Positions 1-6,712 of a stretch of 64,000 nucleotides of DNA are shown in pieces. The notes under the pieces were generated by a model. That model had not been told where the DNA came from. It did no database searches and saw nothing but the letters and a program-made list of their open reading frames with translations. The stretch's first letter is position 1. Every line of letters starts with the position of its first letter. The DNA comes from an uncultured Gemmatimonadaceae bacterium (GTDB lineage: Bacteria > Gemmatimonadota > Gemmatimonadetes > Gemmatimonadales > Gemmatimonadaceae). Where the stretch lies: the NCBI GenBank assembly GCA_963843845.1, contig CAWJMB010000002.1, positions 352,001 through 416,000 of the forward strand, read 5' to 3'. The position numbers and the translations under genes are program-made.

Positions 1-1161
1 GCGCAGCAGCACGCCGGGTGCGCGGAGCGTCGGCGCGCCGTCCACGGGCGCATCGCCGACGGGATCGAGTGCGCGGTCGACGACGGCGACGAGCTCGCGG
101 AACACGCACTCCAGGTCGAGCGGTCGCGGCTTGTAGACGGCGCGCAGGCCGCACGCCCACTCGACGATCGCGACCGCGCGTCCGCCGTCGTGCGGGTCGG
201 CGATCGAGGTCGTCACGCGCACGATGGTGCCTAACGCCGAGCTGTCGCCGAACGCGACCGCGACCGCCGCCGCGTCGTCCGCGGCGCGGCGGAGCAGCTC
301 CGCCGTCGCGTCGACCCAGAGCGTCGTCGCCGTCGCGCAGAGGCGCGCCGCCACCGGGTAGTCTTCGAAGAAGTCGGCGAGCCCGTCGCGCCGCATGCGC
401 GCGACGAAGGCGTCGTAGAGCGGCCGCCGCCGTGCCGAGCCCGGCCCCGCCGGGAGCTGCCCGGTCGCGCCGAGGCGGGCGCCGAGGCCGAACGTCTGGT
501 GTGTGGCGCGGAACGCCGCGAACGCGGCGAAGAGCGCGCTCGCGGTGATCGACGTCAGGCGCGACAGGAGGGCGCGCTCGAGCGCCGCGTGCACCGCGTC
601 GGCCGCGCCGCCGTACGCCGCGCCGGCGACGCGGCGAGCGGCGCACCGCGCGTGTCGCACGAACGGCAGGAGCAACTCTTCGAACGGCAGCGGCTCGTCG
701 GCCGCCGACGCACGGTCCGCGGCGTCGGACGCGTCTGGGCGCTCGACGCTGGCGGCGCGGAACGTCTCGACCCACGCCGGGGTCGGCCACGCGTCCGGCG
801 GCGGCGCCGTCACCGCTGCCGCGACGTCTGCTTCCGTCCACCCGTCAGCGGCGAGGCGCCGCCGGAACGTCGCCTCGTCGCCGCCGGCGACCGCCGTCCG
901 CCACGCGTTCGTCACCGCCGCGGCGGTCGTGGCGAACGGCCGCGCGCCGCGCGGTCGGACGTCGAACGGCTCGCCGGCCACCTCGAGCGCGCCGAGCGCG
1001 CGGAGCGCCGCGATGCGGTCGGGCAGCGGCGCCGCCCGCCACGCGAGCGAGCGCAGCGCCGCGTCAGCTGCAACGTCGGTCGCGACGTCGGTCGCGACGT
1101 CGGTCGCGACGTCGGTCGCGAGAGCCACGGCGGCGTCGGACCGCCCGCCGCCGTGGCGCAC
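1..1161 (-). CDS. lanM: Class II lanthipeptide synthetase LanM, N-terminal dehydratase (DUF4135) part; runs off the left edge
   Basis: Absent from the ORF track because there is no stop in the window. Manual translation of the minus strand from GTG at 1161 is open to base 1 and gives ...PLPFEELLLPFV...LYDAFVARMRRDGLADFFEDYPVAARL...DPHDGGRAVAIVEWACGLRAVYKPRPLDLE..., matching the LanM YPVxARL and DxHxGGRxV...VYKPR motifs. It lies directly downstream of the precursor genes. Start codon approximate. Confidence 0.88.
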   Translation of the reverse strand, partial: MRHGGGRSDAAVALATDVATDVATDVATDVAADAALRSLAWRAAPLPDRIAALRALGALEVAGEPFDVRPRGARPFATTAAAVTNAWRTAVAGGDEATFRRRLAADGWTEADVAAAVTAPPPDAWPTPAWVETFRAASVERPDASDAADRASAADEPLPFEELLLPFVRHARCAARRVAGAAYGGAADAVHAALERALLSRLTSITASALFAAFAAFRATHQTFGLGARLGATGQLPAGPGSARRRPLYDAFVARMRRDGLADFFEDYPVAARLCATATTLWVDATAELLRRAADDAAAVAVAFGDSSALGTIVRVTTSIADPHDGGRAVAIVEWACGLRAVYKPRPLDLECVFRELVAVVDRALDPVGDAPVDGAPTLRAPGVLLR

Positions 1162-1175
1162 GCCTCGCTGCCAGC

Positions 1176-1565
1176 TCACCGGCAGTCGCCCTGACTGTGG
1201 CCGAGCGTGTACGCGCCGTAGCTGACCGCGCCGCCGGCCGTGAGGAGGGTGACGATGAGGATCGACGGCGTGATCCCCCCCGCGACCGTCTCGAGCTCGT
1301 CGGCCGACAGCTCGGCGGCCGGGTCGACGAAGTCGGGGAGCACGACCGTCGCGGTCGCACGATTCTCGACGAAGACGATGTTCATCGGGAACGGCTCGCT
1401 CACCGCGTCGCGGCCGTTGAACTCGGCGAGGGCGACGCGCGGCTCGGTGAGCAGTCGCGTGCGGAACGCGCGGTCGACGGCGGCGCGCTGCAACACGCGC
1501 TGCATCTCGCGCTGCCCGTGCTCGGCGACGAGCGCGGGGTCGTCCTGCTGAATGGTCTGCTGCAT
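1176..1565 (-). CDS. NHLP-family RiPP precursor 1 (core ITPSILIVTLLTAGGAVSYGAYTLGHSQGDCR)
   Basis: Leader RAAVDRAFRTRLLTEPRVAL...TVVLPD...ELSADELETVAGG is typical of nitrile-hydratase-like leaders with a double-Gly cleavage site. Confidence 0.9.
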   Translation of the reverse strand: MQQTIQQDDPALVAEHGQREMQRVLQRAAVDRAFRTRLLTEPRVALAEFNGRDAVSEPFPMNIVFVENRATATVVLPDFVDPAAELSADELETVAGGITPSILIVTLLTAGGAVSYGAYTLGHSQGDCR

Positions 1566-1597
1566 GAACAGAGGCTCGTGGTGAGGGTGGGCGGGCG

Positions 1598-1966
1598 TCA
1601 GTGGCTCGCGTTGTGTTGCAGCTTCCCGATCTCGGTGCCGACGGCGACGCTGACGGTGAAGACGCCGATCAGCGAGGCGACGACGACCGTCGGGGTGACG
1701 CCGCCCGCGACCGCCTCGAGCTCGTCGGCGGACAGCTCCGCCGCCGCGTCGATGTAGTCGGGGAGCACGATCGTGGCGTCGGCCTTGTTCTCGAGAAAGA
1801 CGACGTCGAACGAGGGGGGCAGGTCGGCGACGGCGATCCCGTTGAACTCGGCGATCGCGCTGCGCGGCTCGGTGAGCAGCTTCGTCCGGAACCCGGCGTC
1901 GGTCGCCGAGCGGGTGAGCAGGCTCTGAAAGCGCTCGACGTGCTCCTGCGTGATTTGGCTCTGCAT
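1598..1966 (-). CDS. NHLP-family RiPP precursor 2 (core VTPTVVVASLIGVFTVSVAVGTEIGKLQHNASH)
   Basis: Leader RSATDAGFRTKLLTEPR...IVLPD...ELSADELEAVAGG, paralogous to its neighbours. Confidence 0.9.
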   Translation of the reverse strand: MQSQITQEHVERFQSLLTRSATDAGFRTKLLTEPRSAIAEFNGIAVADLPPSFDVVFLENKADATIVLPDYIDAAAELSADELEAVAGGVTPTVVVASLIGVFTVSVAVGTEIGKLQHNASH

Positions 1967-2020
1967 GGTTCGAATCCGAGTGGTGGAGGCGTGAAGGGGG
2001 GCGTGATCGCGGCGCGGCGA

Positions 2021-2428
2021 TCAGTTGCAGTGGCCGCGGCCGTCGGACACGCCGCTGTTGTAGGCGGCGAGGATGGCGGCACTCCCCATCGTCACGGCGA
2101 CGAGGACGAGCGACGTGGTCGGCGTGATCCCGCCGGCGACGGCCTCGAGCTCGGACTCGTTCAGCTCCGCGGAGGCGTCGATGAAGTCCGGGAGGACGAC
2201 CGTCGCGGACGCGGTGTTCTCGACGAACACGACGTTGAACGACGGCGGCAGCTCGGCGACGTCGAGCCCGTTGAACTCGGCGATCGCGGCGCGCGGCTCG
2301 GTGAGCAGCTTCGTGCGGAACGTGGCGTCGGTCGCGGAGCGCGTGAGGAGCTGCGTCATGCGCTCGTTGGCCGTCGCGGCGAACGTCGCGTCGGTGCGGT
2401 ACGCGTCGGCAGTGGCTTGGAGATTCAT
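2021..2428 (-). CDS. NHLP-family RiPP precursor 3 (core ITPTTSLVLVAVTMGSAAILAAYNSGVSDGRGHCN)
   Basis: Leader RSATDATFRTKLLTEPR...VVLPD...ELNESELEAVAGG. Confidence 0.9.
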   Translation of the reverse strand: MNLQATADAYRTDATFAATANERMTQLLTRSATDATFRTKLLTEPRAAIAEFNGLDVAELPPSFNVVFVENTASATVVLPDFIDASAELNESELEAVAGGITPTTSLVLVAVTMGSAAILAAYNSGVSDGRGHCN

Positions 2429-2456
2429 GGGACCGGAGAGGTGAGTGGGGGCGGCG

Positions 2457-2645
2457 TCAGAACGTCGGATCGGTCGTCGGCAGCTGGTACGGCGGCCGGC
2501 CCGGGAACGGACGCGGGATGCAGCCGTCGGGGCCGATGATGCCGCCGCTCACCGACTCGAGCGTCTCGTCGGAAAGCTCCTGCTGCTGGCCGGCGGGGGT
2601 CGGCGCGATGTCGTGCGCGGTCTGGCGCTCGGTGTTCTCGGACAT
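2457..2645 (-). CDS. Short-leader double-Gly precursor 4, 62 aa (core IIGPDGCIPRPFPGRPPYQLPTTDPTF)
   Basis: ATG at 2645 preceded by a GAGG RBS; leader ends ELSDETLESVSGG. Confidence 0.85.
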   Translation of the reverse strand: MSENTERQTAHDIAPTPAGQQQELSDETLESVSGGIIGPDGCIPRPFPGRPPYQLPTTDPTF

Positions 2646-2737
2646 GGGTCGGTTCCTCGGAACAGGGTGTGGAGAGCTGCGTGAGAGAGCCGCGTCGGCA
2701 GCGTTGGCGCGTCGGCGGCGTTGGCGCGTCGGCGGCG

Positions 2738-2932
2738 TTAGCGCGTCGGCTGGTACGGGTCCTTGTCGCCGCCCGGGTAGCCCGGGTAGAGCGGGAAGGG
2801 GGTGATCGGCTTGGGGCCGCCCAGGCCGCCGCCGGTGCAATCGCCGATGATGCCGCCGCTCACCGACTCCAGCGCGTCGCTCGACAGCTCGTCCTGCTCG
2901 GTGCCGTTCGGCGTCTGCTCGTTCGTGGACAT
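2738..2932 (-). CDS. Short-leader double-Gly precursor 5, 64 aa (core IIGDCTGGGLGGPKPITPFPLYPGYPGGDKDPYQPTR)
   Basis: GAGG RBS; leader ends ELSSDALESVSGG. Confidence 0.85.
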   Translation of the reverse strand: MSTNEQTPNGTEQDELSSDALESVSGGIIGDCTGGGLGGPKPITPFPLYPGYPGGDKDPYQPTR

Positions 2933-2968
2933 GGATGGTTCCTCGGCTGTGTGAGAGAGGACGTCGGG

Positions 2969-3166
2969 TCAGTCGATCGTCAGTCGCCCAATCGGCGACT
3001 GGGCGATCGACTGCTGGAGGTCGGTGCGGGCGATCGCGATCGTGTTGTCGCCGCCCAGACCGCCGATCCCGGAGAGGCCGGCGACGCCGCCCGCGACCGA
3101 CTCGAGGGCGTCGTCGGAGAGCTCGTCGTGCTGCGGTGCGGAGGTCGTGCGTTCGTCGATGGACAT
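2969..3166 (-). CDS. Short-leader double-Gly precursor 6, 65 aa (core VAGLSGIGGLGGDNTIAIARTDLQQSIAQSPIGRLTID)
   Basis: GAGG RBS; leader ends ELSDDALESVAGG. Confidence 0.85.
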   Translation of the reverse strand: MSIDERTTSAPQHDELSDDALESVAGGVAGLSGIGGLGGDNTIAIARTDLQQSIAQSPIGRLTID

Positions 3167-3200
3167 GGAGGTGCCTCGGTGGTGTGGCGCGTGGGGGCGG

Positions 3201-3380
3201 TCAGACGGACTCGGTGGTCGGGATCGGGAACGTCGGCCCGGTCGGCATCGGCGGCTGCAGCGGCAGGTTGATGAACGGCCAGATCAGCGACGGCATGCTG
3301 CCGCCGCTCACCGTCTCGAGCGACTCGTCGGAGATCTCTGCCGGCTCGGCCGGCGCCTGCTGCGTGCCTTCGTCAGTCAT
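3201..3380 (-). CDS. Short-leader double-Gly precursor 7, 59 aa (core SMPSLIWPFINLPLQPPMPTGPTFPIPTTESV)
   Basis: ATG at 3380 with a GAGGA RBS; leader ends EISDESLETVSGG. Confidence 0.82.
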   Translation of the reverse strand: MTDEGTQQAPAEPAEISDESLETVSGGSMPSLIWPFINLPLQPPMPTGPTFPIPTTESV

Positions 3381-3431
3381 GGAAACGGTCCTCGATGATG
3401 CGTGGGTCGTGCGGTGGACGGCCCCTCGGTA

Positions 3432-3447
3432 GGCACCGCGTGTGCCC
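3432..3447 (-). promoter_or_regulatory. Putative sigma54 -24/-12 promoter upstream of precursor 7
   Basis: Minus strand GGGCACACGCGGTGCC = GG-N10-GC, close to the TGGCAC-N5-TTGC consensus, about 50 nt before the ATG. Confidence 0.6.
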
Positions 3448-3577
3448 TCCGGCGCGTAGGCCACAAGTCGCTGTGTGGCAATCACTTGCGCGTTCGACTG
3501 TCACAGTGCCGACAGTCGGTCGTGGAGGCGTGGCTCTATCGCGTAGAGGCGCCACTCGCGCGGAGCGTGTGTCGTGA

Positions 3578-3625
3578 GACGACGTGGGGCCGAGCGCAGA
3601 TCGACGCGCTCGGCCCCACGTCGTC
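3578..3625. terminator. Perfect 20-bp stem-loop downstream of precursor 8
   Basis: gacgacgtggggccgagcgc-N8-gcgctcggccccacgtcgtc; no U-tract, so it may be a terminator or an mRNA-stabilising hairpin. Confidence 0.55.
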
Positions 3626-3652
3626 CCAGCTCCGACAGTCACGGTCGTGCCG

Positions 3653-3862
3653 TCACTGCACGTTGCCGCCGCCGCCGTTCGCGGCGTCGAGGAGCTGCTG
3701 GCCGGCCTGCTGGACCTTGTCGCGCACATACGCGTAGGCCTCGTACAGTCCGCCGCCGGCGACGGCTTCGAGCGCGTCGGCGCTCAGTTCGTCGCCGTCG
3801 TCGGGCGTCGCCACGCCGGCGTCGACGGGCGGCGGGAGGAGGGGCTGTTCAGCGGTGGTCAT
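3653..3862 (-). CDS. Short-leader double-Gly precursor 8, 69 aa (core GLYEAYAYVRDKVQQAGQQLLDAANGGGGNVQ)
   Basis: ATG at 3862 with a GAGG RBS; leader ends ELSADALEAVAGG. Confidence 0.82.
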   Translation of the reverse strand: MTTAEQPLLPPPVDAGVATPDDGDELSADALEAVAGGGLYEAYAYVRDKVQQAGQQLLDAANGGGGNVQ

Positions 3863-3920
3863 GCTGCCTCGCGGAAAGAGTCTGCGCGCGCCGGGGCGGC
3901 GCCGCGCCGACAGTCGTGAA

Positions 3921-3936
3921 GGCAACGGCGGTACCC
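3921..3936 (-). promoter_or_regulatory. Putative sigma54 -24/-12 promoter upstream of precursor 8
   Basis: Minus strand GGGTACCGCCGTTGCC = GG-N10-GC with TTGC; shares the CGCGCCGG(G)AGGG flank with the 3432-3447 element. Confidence 0.6.
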
Positions 3937-4054
3937 TCCCGGCGCGGGTGCCTAACGCACGACGGCGCCGCGAGTTAGGCGGCGCCGAGAGGAATTCCTG
4001 GCGATGGCGGATGGAGCGGGGCGACTATACGATAGTGCCCTCGCTCCACGACAG

Positions 4055-5245
4055 TCACGCGCCGGGCTTCAGGTCGTGGTGCCGCAGGAAGTCCATGAAC
4101 TTCAGGTAGTCGTCCTCCGCGATGCCGAACAGACCGAGCAGTCGCTTGTAGCTGCCGCGCGTCGCGGTGAGTCCGCGCTCGACGAGCGTGCGCGCGTCGG
4201 CGCGGCTCAGCTCGCGGTCCATGAACGGTCTGTGCACCAGCTCCCAGAAGGTGCCGTCGCCGGCGACCATCCGCTCGTAGCGCGCGCTCGGCTCGGTCGC
4301 GATCGGGATGCGGCGCAGCTGATCGCCGCGCGCCGCCCCCTCGAGCGACTCGGCGAAGTGCTCGGCCTCGATCGCGGGGCCTTCGCTCATGTAATAGCCG
4401 GTATCGACGAGGCTGCGTAGCTCGCGCACATTCCCCGGCCACGCATAGCCGCAGAGCGTCGAGAGGGCGTGCCGGGAGAACTGCTTGCGCGACACCTCCC
4501 GCGCGACGAGGCGCTCGAGGTAGTGGTCGAGGACGAGGCGCCAGTCGTCGCCGCGCTCGCGCAATGCGGGGACACGCACGTGCAGGTGACGCAGTCGGTA
4601 GTAGAGGTCGGCGCGGAACTGCCCGGACTCGATCATGGGGCGCAGATCGCGGCTCGTCGCGGCGACGACACGCACGTCGACCTGCTTCGCCTGCGTCGAG
4701 CCGACGGGAAGGATCTCGCCCTCGCCCAACGCGCGGAGCAGCATCGCCTGCGCCGGCGGCGACAGCTCGCCGACCTCGTCGAGAAACACGACGCCGCCGT
4801 CCGCCTCCTCGAACACGCCGCGGTGATCGGCGATCGCGCCGGTGAAGCTCCCTTTGCGGTGGCCGAACAGCTCGCTCGCCATGAGCTGCCCGTCGTGGTA
4901 CTGCGCACAGTTCACGCTGAGGAACGGCTTCCGGTTGCGCCGGCAGAGGAGGTAGAGCGCCTTCGCGAACAGCTCCTTGCCGGTCCCCGTCTCGCCGGTC
5001 ACGAGTACCGGCCCGTCGGCCTCGGCGAAGCGCGCCGTGCGCTCGAGCGCCGTCACGAGCGCCGCGTCGCGCCCGACGACGACCGCCTGCCGCCGCGCGC
5101 CCCACCGCTCGCACGAGAGCGCCTGGATCCGCCGCGCGATCCCCACCGTCGACGCGTCGTCGGCCGGAGCGTCGAACGTCACGAACGGGTTCGCCGTGCG
5201 AGACATCGGCCGATCCGTGATCCGGTCCACCGTTCGATCCATCAT
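4055..5245 (-). CDS. Sigma54-dependent enhancer-binding protein (AAA+), no obvious N-terminal sensor domain
   Basis: Walker A GETGTGKE, ELFGHRKGSFTGA (GAFTGA-like loop), FLDEVGE, FRADLYYRL, WPGNVRELR. Start at 5245 or 5206 rather than the ORF-track start at 5674. Confidence 0.92.
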   Translation of the reverse strand: MMDRTVDRITDRPMSRTANPFVTFDAPADDASTVGIARRIQALSCERWGARRQAVVVGRDAALVTALERTARFAEADGPVLVTGETGTGKELFAKALYLLCRRNRKPFLSVNCAQYHDGQLMASELFGHRKGSFTGAIADHRGVFEEADGGVVFLDEVGELSPPAQAMLLRALGEGEILPVGSTQAKQVDVRVVAATSRDLRPMIESGQFRADLYYRLRHLHVRVPALRERGDDWRLVLDHYLERLVAREVSRKQFSRHALSTLCGYAWPGNVRELRSLVDTGYYMSEGPAIEAEHFAESLEGAARGDQLRRIPIATEPSARYERMVAGDGTFWELVHRPFMDRELSRADARTLVERGLTATRGSYKRLLGLFGIAEDDYLKFMDFLRHHDLKPGA

Positions 5246-5694
5246 GCGATCCACCTGCGCGCGAGCGCGACGTGCCGCTCGTCCTGGCGCGCAGAGGTGC
5301 GCGGCCGGCGGGCGGCGTGCGGGGACCAGTGTACCGGCGGTGGAGGAGGTGCGCCGTCGATTCTGGACGGTGTGGCGAACGGGGGTGGCGAGCGGCGCCC
5401 AGCGACAGTGAACGGTGACCGGCGCGACTGCGGGCGCTCTGCACTGCCGTTCGTCGACAGCGTGCGGTCGGCCCCGCCACTCACATGCTCGGACGCGCCA
5501 TTCGCCACCGCGAATGCCCGCACGATCGCACCCGCCGCCCGCTCGGCCGCCGATTCCAGCCGTCGGGCCGCGCCGCGAGGAACATTCGTCTGGCGCGAAC
5601 TCGCGCGAGATCATACAGTGTCGAGGTCGCCGTGACGGAACCTTCACGGCTCGCGGCGGTCGTGAGACCGGCACCCTGACAGGAGATCGAGGCC

Positions 5695-5844
5695 ATGATC
5701 GACGAGATCCAGACCGTGCACGTCACGACCGAAGGCGACACGCCGACGCCGCAGCGCTCGGGCGACGGCGACCAGCGCTGGGACATCATCAGCTGGATCA
5801 TCGTGCTGCTCGGCCCGCGCACCGGGGGCGGCTGGGGGAGCTGA
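5695..5844 (+). CDS. Small 49-aa peptide MIDEIQTVHVTTEGDTPTPQRSGDGDQRWDIISWIIVLLGPRTGGGWGS
   Basis: AGGAG RBS at 5681-5685, ATG at 5695, high-GC3 codon usage, TGA at 5842-5844, followed by a strong hairpin; below the ORF-track length cutoff. Confidence 0.65.
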   Translation: MIDEIQTVHVTTEGDTPTPQRSGDGDQRWDIISWIIVLLGPRTGGGWGS

Positions 5845-5881
5845 GGAACGGCGCGCCGCGCGTGCCGGCGTGATGTCTGGT

Positions 5882-5926
5882 GACGTGAGACGGGCCCCGA
5901 GTGAGTGTCGGGGCCCGTCTCACGTC
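5882..5926. terminator. Perfect 19-bp hairpin between convergent genes
   Basis: gacgtgagacgggccccga-gtgagtg-tcggggcccgtctcacgtc. Confidence 0.65.
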
Positions 5927-6712
5927 GTGAAGTACAGCCGCTCCTCCAGACGCTTGCGATAGCGCCGGCTACAGTCCACGCGGCTGCCGTCGTGCAGCAC
6001 GAGCGTCAGCTCGCCGTGTGACAGCGGCTCTACCGACGCGATGCGCGACAGGTTCACGATCGCGGACCGGTGCACGCGGAGAAAGCGCTCGGGGTCGAGC
6101 ACCTCGTGTTCGAGAGTGGTCAACGACTTCGCGAGCAGGCGCGGTCGCCGCTGCACGTAGAGTCGCGCGTAGTTCCCGTCCGCCTCGATCCAGTCGATGT
6201 CTGCCGCCCGCACGACGACGTACTCCGTTCCGCTCTTGATCGCGAGCGCGTCCGGGTAGCGCGTCGGCTCCGGTCGGTGCAGCTCGTCGACGAGACCGAC
6301 GAGCCGTGCGTCGGGCCCGGCCGCCGTCCCCGGCCGGCGCGCCGCGAGCTGGTCTCGCACCCGCGCCAGCGCCGCCGTGAAGCGCGCGTCGTCGAACGGC
6401 TTCAGCAGGTAGTCGAGTGCGTACGCCTCGAACGCTGCGCACGGCGAACTCCGCGTACGCCGAGGTGAACACGACGACCGGCATCCGCTCCGGGCCGACG
6501 AGCTCGACGACGCCGAAGCCGTCGAGTCGCGGCATCTGCACGTCGAGGAACACGAGGTGCGCCGACTCGCGCAGAATCGCCTGCACCGCCTCGATCCCGT
6601 CGGCGCACTCGCGCACGAGGTCGACGTCCGCGACGCCGGCGAGCAGCGCCCGCACGCGGTCGCGCGCGAGAGGGTCGTCGTCGACGACGATGACGCGCAG
6701 ACGGTCGGTCAC
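5920..6712 (-). CDS. LytTR-family response regulator (REC + LytTR), one frameshift near 6435
   Basis: VIVVDDDPLARDRV...VFLDVQMPRLDGF...VVFTSAY in one frame, then FEAYALDYLLKPFD...IDWIEADGNY...FLRVHRSAIVN in another; GTG start overlaps the kinase stop. Confidence 0.88.

Noticed and set aside
3476..3490. TGGCAATCACTTGCG as a plus-strand sigma54 promoter
   Set aside because: GG-to-GC spacing is 9 rather than 10 nt, and it points antisense to the precursor genes
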